A stretch of DNA of 64,000 nucleotides from an uncultured Actinomycetes bacterium. Lineage in GTDB: Bacteria; Actinomycetota; Acidimicrobiia; IMCC26256; PALSA-610. The notes below the pieces were generated by a model. The model was not told the origin of the DNA, did no database searches, and worked only from the letters and a program-made list of their open reading frames with translations. A program made the position numbers and the translations under genes. The DNA lies in NCBI GenBank assembly GCA_963761175.1, contig CAVXFZ010000003.1, positions 132,261 to 196,260 of the forward strand. Direction: 5' to 3'. Positions 17,929 to 27,563 of the stretch are shown in pieces (within the stretch, counting starts at the first letter, position 1; each line of letters starts with the position of its first letter).

Positions 17929-18664
17929 CTACCGCCGCGCTTCCTTCGCGACGAGCACGCCTTCGAGCACGTATTCGGGGTGCACGCCGGCAGGGATGCC
18001 GGTGACCTTCGCGGCGAGCCGCGTCGGCGAGCTCGCACGCGATGCGGTACCGGGTGTCGTTGGGCAGGGTGAGGCGCCGGTCGACGAACGCGCGCAGTGC
18101 GGCGACCTCCGCGGGTGTGACCGCGCTCACGTCCCATCCCGCGACCGCCTCGATCGGCACGGTCGGGCGCGCGTAGCTCGCCCAGCTCGTGGTCTGGCGC
18201 CGCCCGCGCCGCTCGCGCACGACGACCGTTCCGGCGGCGAGGTCTCCGAGCCGCTGGTTGGCGCGCGTCGCGAGGATGCAGAACGCGCCGAGCAGGTAGA
18301 GCGACGGGAGGAAGTCGACGAGCCGGAACACGTTGCGGATCAGGCTGGCGCCGAAGTTGACCGGTTGACCACCGGAGCGGACCACCTGCAAGCCGGCGGC
18401 GCGTTTGCCGATCGTGCGGCCGGAGCCCAGGACCTCGAACGCGACGTCGTACGCGAAGATCGCAAGGAAGCTGACGATGAAGACGACGGCGAGGAACCAG
18501 CCGTTCTGGACCGCGCTGGTGAGGAACGCGAATGGGATGATGATCCCGAACTGCACGGCGGTGTCGACGAGACGGGCGATCAGGCGTGAACCGAGCCCCG
18601 CGAGCACGAGGTCGACGTCGATGCCCTCGGGGGTCGCGATCGTGAGCCGGTCGTCGAGGGTCAC
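17929..18664 (-). CDS. RDD family membrane protein (frameshift near 18022)
   Basis: TPEG, AGLGSRLIARLVD, G.TIGK...GL.VV, QRLGDLAAGT; the C-terminus (PEYVLEGVLVAKEARR*) is in another frame. Confidence 0.85.
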
Positions 18665-18667
18665 CCG

Positions 18668-19649
18668 ATGAACGTAGACGCGTTCAGCATCGCCCGAGCG
18701 CCTGCGTGGACCCGGCTCGAAGCGCTCGCGCAGCAGGCTCGGCGGCAGCCCGGAACGGCTCGGACCCGAGGGTGTGCGCGAGCTCGGGGCCCGGTATCGC
18801 GAGAGCGTCGCCGACCTCGCGTTCGCGCGTCGGCGCTTCCCCGACGATCCGATCGTGGCGCGCCTCGAACGGCTCGTCGCGCAGAGCCGGCACCTCGTGT
18901 ACGACTCCGAGCCCCGGCGCCCCGCGGCCGTGGAGTTCGTGTCGCGCGGCTACTGGCGCCGGGTGCGCGAACGACCGGTCCCGTTGCTCGTCGCGATCCT
19001 CCTGCTCTTCCTGCCCGCGCTGCTCGCGGGTACGTGGGCGTGGCGCGATCCGGGACGCGCGTCGGGTCTCGTGCCGTCGCAGTACCAGCGCGTCACCGAG
19101 CCACGGCCGGCCGGCGCCGACCTCGGCGTGAGCGTGAGCGATCAGGCTGCCCTCGCGAGCAGCATCTTCACCAACAACATCACCGTCACTGCGCTCGCGT
19201 TCGGAGGCGGCATCCTCCTCGGGCTCGGAACCGCGCTCGTACTGCTGCAGAACGGCGTGTTGCTCGGCGCCGTCGCGGGACTCTCGATCGGCGCGGGCAA
19301 CGGGCGCCCGTTCTTCGAGCTCGTGACCGCGCACGGTGTGCTCGAGCTGAGCTGCATCTGCGTCGCGGCGGCGGCGGGCCTCCGCATCGGATGGGCCATC
19401 GTCGATCCGGGCTACCGGCGCCGGGGCGAGGCGCTGCGCGCCGAGGCGTCCGCCGCGGTACAGATGCTGCTCGGCACCGCGCCGTGGCTCGTGGTCGCGG
19501 GGCTGGTCGAAGGGTTCGTGACCCCGGCGGGGCTCGGCCTTCCTACCGTGCTCGTGATCGGGTTCGGGCTCGGCGCGCTCTACTGGGGTCTCGTGCTCTG
19601 GCGCGGCGCGCCGGTGCGCCCGCCGGTGGGCGAGGCGAGCTCCACCTAG
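18668..19649 (+). CDS. Stage II sporulation protein M (SpoIIM/DUF95) family membrane protein (frameshift near 18750)
   Basis: W.RLE.L N-terminus, Y..(S)VADLA, IFTNN, HGVLEL, AGLVEGFVTP. Confidence 0.87.
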
Positions 19650-20893
19650 ATGCGCGCCCGCGCCTTCAGCTCGAGGTAGGCGCGCACGCAGGCGGCGCCC
19701 AGCTCGTCGGGCCCTGCTTCGACGATGTCGGCACCGGCGCGGCGGAGCTGCGCCACCACCCGCCGGCGGTCCTCGAGGAGCTCGAGGGCGACGGCCGCGC
19801 GGTACACGTCGCCGCGATCGCGCGGTGAGGTTGCAATCACGGCCTCGACGTCGGGGTCGCGTACCGACGCGATCACGACCGCATGACGGCGCGCGAGGAC
19901 GGGGACCGCGTCGACGAGCGTGCGCGCCGCGGCCTCGTCGAGTAGGTCGGTGAAGACCACGACGAGCGCTCGCTTCGCGGAGCCGACGGTCCGGAACGCG
20001 AGCTCGTAGTCGCTGTCCACGGCGCGCGGTTCGAGATCGAAGACCGCGGCGATCACCGCGTTGCCGTTGCGGCGCCGCGTCGACACCTGGCGGCGGATCT
20101 CGGTGTCGAACGCGACGGCACCGCTGCGATCGCCGAGCTCCTCGGCGACGAGCGCGACCGCGGTGAGTGCATCGAGCGCGGCGTCGAGGCGCGTGCGGTC
20201 GCCGATCGGCGCCGACATCAACCGGCCGACATCGAGGAGGCAGACGATGTCGCGGTCCTGTTCGACGCGGTACTGGTTGCTCATCGGCCGTCCGGCGCGC
20301 GCCGTGGCAAGCCAGTTGACCTGGCGGATGTCGTCGTCGGGCCCGTAGTCGCGGATCGACTCGAAGTCGGTGCCGAGCCCGAGTGGTCCACGCGTGAGCC
20401 GCCCGGGATCGCGGAACCGTCCGCGGCGCAGCGCCACGACGATGCGGCGCGCCGCGGGCACGTCGGGGTAGACGATCACCTCGGTGTCGCCGCCCCCGGA
20501 GTACTGCCAGCTCCCGAGGCCGAGCGGTCCGGGCCGGCGCGCGGCGACGGCCGGCAGGCGGTGGCGGCCGCGCCGCCGCGCGGTGATCGTGGCCGCGAGC
20601 CGGCCGTCGGCCTCCGCCGGGTGGATCGCGACGTCGGGAACCGCGGGCTGGCGCACGCGCACGTGCCGACCCCCGGTCCCCGCCGCGGTGACCGTGAGCG
20701 CGCCCGGCACCCCGCGCACGAGCACGGGCGGCATCGAACGGGTGAGGCGAGGCGGCCGGCGTGCGAGCACGCCGTCGGCGGCCGTCGCGACCACGACCGC
20801 GATCGCCAGCGCGATCGCCACCGCGACCGGCAACGCGAGAGCGAGCACGGCAACGATCCCGAGCGCGTACGCCGCGCGCGGCGTCGGGCTCAC
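19646..20893 (-). CDS. DUF58 (vWA-like) protein
   Basis: VIVYP, GTDFESIRDY..DDIRQVNWLATAR, LLDVGRLM, VVFTDL. Confidence 0.9.
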   Translation of the reverse strand: MSPTPRAAYALGIVAVLALALPVAVAIALAIAVVVATAADGVLARRPPRLTRSMPPVLVRGVPGALTVTAAGTGGRHVRVRQPAVPDVAIHPAEADGRLAATITARRRGRHRLPAVAARRPGPLGLGSWQYSGGGDTEVIVYPDVPAARRIVVALRRGRFRDPGRLTRGPLGLGTDFESIRDYGPDDDIRQVNWLATARAGRPMSNQYRVEQDRDIVCLLDVGRLMSAPIGDRTRLDAALDALTAVALVAEELGDRSGAVAFDTEIRRQVSTRRRNGNAVIAAVFDLEPRAVDSDYELAFRTVGSAKRALVVVFTDLLDEAAARTLVDAVPVLARRHAVVIASVRDPDVEAVIATSPRDRGDVYRAAVALELLEDRRRVVAQLRRAGADIVEAGPDELGAACVRAYLELKARARI

Positions 20894-21831
20894 CGCGGGA
20901 CGGGGACCGAGCTCAACACGCTCGCGATCGCGTCGTCGGTGGTGTACCGCTCGAGCTCCGCTTCGGGGCGCAGCAGCAGGCGGTGCCGCAGCACGGCTCG
21001 CGCGACGGCCTGCACGTCGTCGGGGATCACGTACGCGCGATCCACCATGCACGCGGCCGCCTTTGCCGCGGCGAGCAGGTGCACGGCCGCGCGCGGGCTC
21101 GCACCGAGCGAGACGCTCGGTATCTCGCGTGTGCGGCGCACGACCGCGGCGACGTACGCGAGCACGTCGTCGGCGACCGTGACGGCGTCGACGCGCGTAC
21201 CGGCGTCGCGCAGTTCGGCTCCCGAGACGACCGTGCGCACGTCGGCGAGCGTCGCCGGAGCGGTGCCGCGGTGCGTGAGCCGCAGCATCGCCACCTCGTC
21301 CGCGGCGCTCGGATAGTTGACGTCGACCTTGGCGAGGAAGCGGTCGAGCTGCGCCTCGGGGAGCGGGTAGGTGCCCTCGTACTCGATCGGGTTCTGCGTC
21401 GCCACGACGAGGAACGGCGTCGGGAGCGGGTGCGCGACGCCGTCGACGCTCACCTGCCGTTCCTGCATCGACTCGAGCAGCGCCGACTGCGTCTTCGGCG
21501 GCGTGCGGTTGATCTCGTCGGCGAGGAGCAGGTTCGTGAACACCGGTCCGGGGCGGAACGCGAGGTCGGTACCGGTCGGTGAGGCGCGGAGCGTCATCGT
21601 GCCGGTGAGGTCGGACGGCAGCATGTCGGGGGTGAACTGAACGCGCCGGAACTCGACACCGAGCGCCCGCGCGAACGCGTTGGCCAGCAGCGTCTTCGCG
21701 ACGCCCGGCACCCCTTCGAGCAAGACGTGACCGCCGACGGTCGTCGCCGCGAGGAGCACGTCGACGACGTGATCCTGCCCGACGACGACCTTGGCGACCT
21801 CCGACACGACCCGGTCGCGCAGCTCTCTCAC
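20890..21831 (-). CDS. MoxR family AAA+ ATPase
   Basis: LLEGVPGVAKT, RVQFTPDMLPSD, LADEINRTPPKTQSALLE, ATQNPIEYEGTYPLPEAQLDRF. Confidence 0.96.
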   Translation of the reverse strand: MRELRDRVVSEVAKVVVGQDHVVDVLLAATTVGGHVLLEGVPGVAKTLLANAFARALGVEFRRVQFTPDMLPSDLTGTMTLRASPTGTDLAFRPGPVFTNLLLADEINRTPPKTQSALLESMQERQVSVDGVAHPLPTPFLVVATQNPIEYEGTYPLPEAQLDRFLAKVDVNYPSAADEVAMLRLTHRGTAPATLADVRTVVSGAELRDAGTRVDAVTVADDVLAYVAAVVRRTREIPSVSLGASPRAAVHLLAAAKAAACMVDRAYVIPDDVQAVARAVLRHRLLLRPEAELERYTTDDAIASVLSSVPVPR

Positions 21832-22976
21832 GCTCGACTCCTCCTCGTGGCCTGCTCGACCCGGCTCAACGCGTGCCCGAGTGCGAGGACATGCTCGTCG
21901 GTGATCGGCGCGAGGACCGCGTCGATCTCCTCCTGCGACAACCCGAACACCTTGGCGCGGCGCGCGAACTCGTCGCGCTCCGCACGTTCGCCGACCCGGG
22001 CGCGCACGGTGCGCGCCACGATCTCGAGGGCGGGTGCGGGACGGTGGGTGCGCGCGAGCGTCGATCCGAGCGCGTCGACGTACGCGGCGCGCGGGGGCGG
22101 CAGGGGCCGCGATTCGTCCTCGGGCGGACCGAGGCGGCGACCGCGCGCCCACATCAGCACGAGCGCCGCGAGCGCGAGCACGACGAGTGCGATCTTCCAG
22201 TCGGTCGGGATCGCGGCGAGGCCGCGCGCCGGACCGTAGCCGTGCACGAACTCGGGGAACACGACGGTCCGCCCCGGCTCACCGGCCAGTGTCAGTGCGA
22301 GCGCGGCGTTGTCGGCGCTCGCGAGGTAGCGGTTCTGGAACGGCGAGGAATCGGCGACGAAGTCGATGGTGCCGCGCCCGACCCGTGACTGCACCACGAG
22401 CGCGTCGACGCCGTTGCCGACGATCGCGGTACCTGCGCCGGCGGTGACGAAGCGGCCGGCCCCGGCACCCGCGATCCGGGTGATCGGCGCGAGCGACGGG
22501 TCGACGACGTTCCAACTGTCCGGGCCGCCCGGAGACCACTCCGGCGGCGCGGCGCCGAGCGCGCCGAGGTACGCGGGTTGGGTTCCGCCCACCACGAGGC
22601 GCCCGCCGTTGACGACGAACGCGAGCAACACGCCCACGTCGTTCGCGTCGAGGGTGTCGGGTTCGAGCACGACGACGGTCGTGGTGGGATCGAAGATCTG
22701 CTTCGCGATCTGCTGTCGGGTTCGCTCGACCGGATGACCCTCGCGCCCGAGCAGATCCGCGTACGCGGCGATGCCGTCGGGTTGCGTCGCGTACGACGAC
22801 ACCGGGCGGCCGCCCGGCGACCCGCTCCCACCAGTGGAATCGTCGATGAAACGCGCGAAGAGGTTCACCGCGAGCGCCGCGGCGAGAACGACGACGACGA
22901 CCTTGGCCGCGATCGGGAGCCGGGCCCATGGGCCGGTGGCACGGGTCGCGGCGTCGGGGGCCGGGGTGCTCGTCAT
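21828..22976 (-). CDS. DUF4350 domain membrane protein
   Basis: N-terminal TM, G..AY..LL, FV.NGG.LVV, N.YL...DNA, second TM then RRLGPP; MoxR-cluster context. Confidence 0.78.
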   Translation of the reverse strand: MTSTPAPDAATRATGPWARLPIAAKVVVVVLAAALAVNLFARFIDDSTGGSGSPGGRPVSSYATQPDGIAAYADLLGREGHPVERTRQQIAKQIFDPTTTVVVLEPDTLDANDVGVLLAFVVNGGRLVVGGTQPAYLGALGAAPPEWSPGGPDSWNVVDPSLAPITRIAGAGAGRFVTAGAGTAIVGNGVDALVVQSRVGRGTIDFVADSSPFQNRYLASADNAALALTLAGEPGRTVVFPEFVHGYGPARGLAAIPTDWKIALVVLALAALVLMWARGRRLGPPEDESRPLPPPRAAYVDALGSTLARTHRPAPALEIVARTVRARVGERAERDEFARRAKVFGLSQEEIDAVLAPITDEHVLALGHALSRVEQATRRSRA

Positions 22977-23596
22977 CGGCGGCGCGCCGAGTCGACGACG
23001 ACGGGCCAGTCGCGGCGCGCGACGTCGGCGTCGGCGGGCTCGGCGTCGCGCCCGCCGTAGGTGACGGCCTCGAAGGTGTCGGCCAGATCGTCGAAGCGTT
23101 CCGACGTGAGCGTGTCGCGCACGGCCGCCGTCGCGATCGACGCGCGGTAGGTGATCGCGTGCGCATCGCGGTCGAGCCGGATCAGGCCGGCGCGGAACCG
23201 CAGCCGGACCGCGAGCGCGTCGTCGCCCGCGGCCGTGGCGTCGATCGCGGCGGCCTCGAGCGCGTCGGGGTCGTCGCGCCCGTGCCCGCCGGCAGGGACG
23301 CGCTGGTCACCGCTCCCGGTGGGGAACGCACGCTCGCGGACGCGCCGCACGCCGAAGAAGACCCCGACGGCGAGTGCGACGGCGAGCGTTCCCCACAGCC
23401 AGAGCGCGCCCGATCCCGGCAGCCACGAGAAGCGGTCGCCGATCCAGCGGCCGATCGGCGAGAGCCGGTCACCGATCCAGCGCAGGATCCCGTGCAGCGG
23501 TCGCGGCACCGTGCCCGACCCGTAGCGGCGGCCCGCGAGGATGCGGCGCGCTTCTTCGCGCGCCTGGCCGGGGTCGACGGCGGCGAGGGCCGTCAC
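22973..23596 (-). CDS. DUF4129 domain membrane protein
   Basis: TM helix, A...G....AVR.RFRA.L..L, FEAVTYGGR; MoxR-cluster context. Confidence 0.78.
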   Translation of the reverse strand: MTALAAVDPGQAREEARRILAGRRYGSGTVPRPLHGILRWIGDRLSPIGRWIGDRFSWLPGSGALWLWGTLAVALAVGVFFGVRRVRERAFPTGSGDQRVPAGGHGRDDPDALEAAAIDATAAGDDALAVRLRFRAGLIRLDRDAHAITYRASIATAAVRDTLTSERFDDLADTFEAVTYGGRDAEPADADVARRDWPVVVDSARRR

Positions 23597-24678
23597 GGCG
23601 TACTGCCCGGCGGCGGCGGCGGTGGTGGCGGAGGCGGCGGCGGTGGTGCCGGTGGCCGCGGCGGAGGGGGCGGTGGTGGAGGCGCCGGTGGCGGCGGGGC
23701 CTGGCCCCAGCCGGGCTGGCCCCAGCCCGGTGCGGCGGGCGCGCTCCAGCCGGGCTGGCCCCAGCCGGTTGGTGCAGTCCAGGGCGGCGGCGGGTTCGGG
23801 CCGGCGGGTGCCGCCTGCAGCGGGCTGTCGAGGCGGTCGAGGACGAGCTGGAGATCGAGCGCCTCGCGCCGCACGCGCAGGTCGAAGTACGTGACGACGT
23901 AGGCGACCGCGACGAACGGCGTCGTCACCAGCCGGGTGAAGGTCGTGACGATCCCGCTCGCCAGGATGTAGGCGGTGCTGTCGGTGCTGCGGGTCACGAA
24001 GACCAGGCCGACGAGCAACGCGCTGATCGGGATCCCGACCGCGACCGTGAGCAGGTAGCTCACCACGACCACCCCGAGGACCGCCCAGAACCGCGGCCGC
24101 ACGAGCCGGAACGACCGGCCCAGCGCGCCGAAGCCCCGCGATCCCTCGATGAGGATCGCGGGCGTCGCCGCGATCCACGACACGTAGAGCCATACCCCCG
24201 GCACGAAGCACAGGACCGATCCGATCGAGATGCCGATCACCGCGATCAGGTTCACCCAAACGAGCGGCCCGAGATTCTGGACGAAGACGCGCATCGACGC
24301 GCGCGCGTCGGCCTTCCCGCCTCCGAGGTACGCGTCGGACACCGCGCGTGTGCACGCCCCGGTCGCGAGGAAGCCGGCGACGAGCGAGAGGACGATCACG
24401 ATGACCGCGCCTGCGAACCGGACGCTGGCGTCGTGCGCGTCGCCCGACGGCGTCAGTTGGAAACCGCCGAGGTTCGTGGCCGTCGAGTGCGACGGGCGTG
24501 ACGAGAGCTGCACGAGCACCGTGAGCACCTGGAACGGCACGACCGCGAGCGCGGCCAGCTTCGCGAGCGCGAGGAAGTTGTTGCGGTAGAGCTTGATCGA
24601 GACGTCGAGGACCTCGCCGACCCCGAGGGGGCGCAGCCCGGGAGCGGGCCGGCCGTCCCCGTACGGCGAAGGTTGCAT
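23593..24678 (-). CDS. Multi-pass membrane protein with a poly-Pro C-terminal tail (MoxR-cluster member)
   Basis: LRPL.VGEVLD N-terminus, AL.RS..LV, YFDLRVRREALDL, about 6 TMs, Pro-rich tail. Confidence 0.8.
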   Translation of the reverse strand: MQPSPYGDGRPAPGLRPLGVGEVLDVSIKLYRNNFLALAKLAALAVVPFQVLTVLVQLSSRPSHSTATNLGGFQLTPSGDAHDASVRFAGAVIVIVLSLVAGFLATGACTRAVSDAYLGGGKADARASMRVFVQNLGPLVWVNLIAVIGISIGSVLCFVPGVWLYVSWIAATPAILIEGSRGFGALGRSFRLVRPRFWAVLGVVVVSYLLTVAVGIPISALLVGLVFVTRSTDSTAYILASGIVTTFTRLVTTPFVAVAYVVTYFDLRVRREALDLQLVLDRLDSPLQAAPAGPNPPPPWTAPTGWGQPGWSAPAAPGWGQPGWGQAPPPPAPPPPPPPPRPPAPPPPPPPPPPPPPGSTP

Positions 24679-24750
24679 CGCCGAGACGTTAGGCCTGCCC
24701 GGCTCCTGCGCCGGGCACGGTCGGTTCGGGACGCGAGGACGCGGAGCGGG

Positions 24751-25935
24751 TCAGAGCGCGCGGACGATGGCCGCGTCGCCCTGGCCACCACCGCCGCACA
24801 ACGCGGCCGCACCGGTGCCGCCACCGCGGCGGCGCAGCTCGTTGACGAGCGTCAGCACGATGCGCGTTCCCGACATTCCGACCGGATGACCCAGCGCGAT
24901 CGCGCCGCCGTTCACGTTGACGACGTCGTCGCCGATGCCGAGGTCGGCCATCGACGCGATCCCGACCGCGGCAAAGGCCTCGTTGATCTCGAAGAGGTCG
25001 ATGTCGGAGAGCGAGAGCTTCGAGCGCTCGAGCGCGTTGCGGATCGCGTTCGACGGCTGGTGGAGCAGCGACGCGTCGGGGCCCGCGACCATGCCGAAGC
25101 CGACGAGCTCGGCGATCGGCGTGAGACCCAGGGCGTCGGCGGCGGCCCGGCTCGCGACGACGACCGCGGCCGCGCCGTCGGAGATCTGCGAGGCGTTGCC
25201 CGCGGTGATCGTGCCGTCCTTGCTGAACGCGGGGCGGAGGCCGCCAAGCGATTCCATCGTGGTACCCGGGCGGACACCCTCGTCGTGGTCGACGACGATC
25301 GGGTCGCCCTTGCGCTGCGGGATCTCGACCGGCGCGAGCTCGTCGGCGAAGCGGCCGTCCTTCTGCGCGGCGGCGGCGCGTTCGTGGCTCTTCGCGGCGA
25401 GGTCGTCCTGGGCTTCCCGGCTGATGTTGCCGACCTTGCCGACGTAGGCCTCGGTGCCGGCGCCCATGTGCACCGCGTCGAACGCGCACCAGAGACCGTC
25501 GTGGATCATCGAGTCGACGACCTCGGCGTTGCCCATCCGCAGCCCGGCACGCGCGCCGGGGAGGAGATACGGCGCGTTCGTCATCGACTCCATGCCACCC
25601 GCGACGACGAGATCGGCGTCGCCGGCCTGGATCATCTGATCCGCGAGGTAGATCGCGTTGACGCCCGAGAGGCACACCTTGTTGATGGTGAGGGCCGGGA
25701 TGCTCATCGGGATCCCGCCCTTGAACGCGGCCTGGCGGGCGGTGATCTGGCCGGCGCCGGCCTGCAGCACCTGGCCCATGATCACGTACTGCACCCGGTC
25801 GCCGGGGATGCCGGCGCGCTCGAGGGCCGCGGCGATGGCCTTGCCACCGAGGTCCGTGGCGGACAGGCCGGCGAAGGCACCGGACAGCTTGCCGATGGGT
25901 GTGCGGGCCGACGAGACGATCACCGAACCGGGCAT
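24751..25935 (-). CDS. Acetyl-CoA C-acetyltransferase (thiolase)
   Basis: ARTPIG, INKVCLSG, AGGMESM, EINEAFA, GGAIALGHP, CGGGG. Confidence 0.95.
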   Translation of the reverse strand: MPGSVIVSSARTPIGKLSGAFAGLSATDLGGKAIAAALERAGIPGDRVQYVIMGQVLQAGAGQITARQAAFKGGIPMSIPALTINKVCLSGVNAIYLADQMIQAGDADLVVAGGMESMTNAPYLLPGARAGLRMGNAEVVDSMIHDGLWCAFDAVHMGAGTEAYVGKVGNISREAQDDLAAKSHERAAAAQKDGRFADELAPVEIPQRKGDPIVVDHDEGVRPGTTMESLGGLRPAFSKDGTITAGNASQISDGAAAVVVASRAAADALGLTPIAELVGFGMVAGPDASLLHQPSNAIRNALERSKLSLSDIDLFEINEAFAAVGIASMADLGIGDDVVNVNGGAIALGHPVGMSGTRIVLTLVNELRRRGGGTGAAALCGGGGQGDAAIVRAL

Positions 25936-26033
25936 GGGGTCCTCCACCGAGTCGAAAGCAGATGACGAGTCTATTGCTACTCGTCGGTAACCGGAAATGG
26001 GCAGGTCGGCGGGATCGAGGGAATGCTTCGGGG

Positions 26034-27563
26034 ATGACGACCTTCGTGGCGAGCGACCCGCGTACCGGCGCGGCGATCGGCGAGTACCCGGAGACCACGG
26101 CCGCGCAGGTGGCCACCCTGGCGGCCGCGGCGGCCGACGCCTTCGCCGCGGTGCGGCACCGCCCGAACCGCGAGCGGGCGGGCTGGCTCGAGGCCCTCGC
26201 CGACACGTTCGCCGCGAACGGCGACGAGGTGCTCGACGCCGCCGACCGCGAGACCGCGCTCGGTCCCGCGCGGCTCGCGGGCGAGTGGGCGCGCACGACC
26301 GCGCAGGCGCGCGCCTTCGCGGCGCTCGTGGCCGACGGCTCGTACGTGGAAGCGGTGCTCGCGGCGCCCGATCCCGAGGCGGTGCCGCCGCGCGGCGACC
26401 TGCGCCGGATGCTCGTACCGATCGGCCCGGTCGCGAACTTCGCGGCCAGCAACTTCCCGTTCGCGTTCTCGGTGCCCGGGGGCGACACCGTCGCCGCGAT
26501 CGCGGCGGGCTGCCCGGTCGTGGTGAAGGCCCATCCCGCGCACCCCGAGACGTCGCGCCGCTGCGGCGCGCTCGTCGAACGGGCGCTGACGCGCGCGGGC
26601 GCGCCCGAGGGGATGTTCGCGATGGTGGAGGGCGCGAGCAGCGCTGTCGGCCGCGCGCTCGTACTCGCGCCCGAGATCACCGCGGTCGCGTTCACGGGCT
26701 CGCGCCGTGGTGGCCGCGCGCTCGCCGATCTCGCCGCAACCCGCGCGGTCCCGATTCCCGTCTACGCGGAGATGGGCAGTGTGAACCCGGTCTTCGTCAG
26801 CGCGGCCGCGCTCGACGCGCGCGGCGACGCGATCGCCGACGGGTTCGTCGCGTCGATGCTCAACGGCACCGGCCAGTTCTGTACCAGTCCCGGGGTGGTG
26901 GTCGTGCCGGAGGGTGCCGCGGGCGACGCGTTCGTCGCACGCGTCACAGCCGCAGTGCGCGCCGCGCCTGCCGGCCACCTGCTCAGCGCGCAGATCCGCG
27001 ACGGTCTCACCGAGCAGGTCGCGCAGACCGAGCGCATCCCGCACGTCGAGGTGCTGGCGCGCGGGCCCGTCGCCGCCGAGGGCTTCGGGGTCGCGGCGAC
27101 GGTGCTCGAGACCGACGCGCGCACGTTCATGGAGTCACCCGATCTGCTCGACGAGCACTTCGGCCCCGTCGCGGTCGTCGTGCGGGCCGACGACGGCGCG
27201 TTCCCGGCGGTCGCGCGCGCGATCCCCGGCAGCCTCACCGGCACGATCCACGCGGAAGCGGCCGAATCGGCGACGCCCGCCACGCTCGCCCTGCGCGACG
27301 CGCTCGTGGAACGGGTCGGGCGGCTCGTGTGGAACGGCTTCCCGACCGGTGTCGCGATCGCGCCCGCGATGCACCACGGCGGCCCGTACCCGGCGACGAC
27401 GCATTCGGGGTTCACGTCGGTCGGCCAGCACTCGGTGCGGCGCTTCCTGCGGCCGGTGACGTTCCAGGACGTCGTCGACGCCGCGTTGCCGCCGGAGCTC
27501 CAGTCGAGAAACCCCTTGGGCATCCGGCGCGACGAGAGCGATAACTTGCACACCCATGTCTGA
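26034..27563 (+). CDS. Aldehyde dehydrogenase (NADP+), 2-ketoglutaric semialdehyde dehydrogenase-like
   Basis: ASNFPFAFS, KAHPAHP, FTGS, EMGSVNP, GQFCTSPG, NGFPTGV, HGGPYPAT. Confidence 0.9.
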   Translation: MTTFVASDPRTGAAIGEYPETTAAQVATLAAAAADAFAAVRHRPNRERAGWLEALADTFAANGDEVLDAADRETALGPARLAGEWARTTAQARAFAALVADGSYVEAVLAAPDPEAVPPRGDLRRMLVPIGPVANFAASNFPFAFSVPGGDTVAAIAAGCPVVVKAHPAHPETSRRCGALVERALTRAGAPEGMFAMVEGASSAVGRALVLAPEITAVAFTGSRRGGRALADLAATRAVPIPVYAEMGSVNPVFVSAAALDARGDAIADGFVASMLNGTGQFCTSPGVVVVPEGAAGDAFVARVTAAVRAAPAGHLLSAQIRDGLTEQVAQTERIPHVEVLARGPVAAEGFGVAATVLETDARTFMESPDLLDEHFGPVAVVVRADDGAFPAVARAIPGSLTGTIHAEAAESATPATLALRDALVERVGRLVWNGFPTGVAIAPAMHHGGPYPATTHSGFTSVGQHSVRRFLRPVTFQDVVDAALPPELQSRNPLGIRRDESDNLHTHV

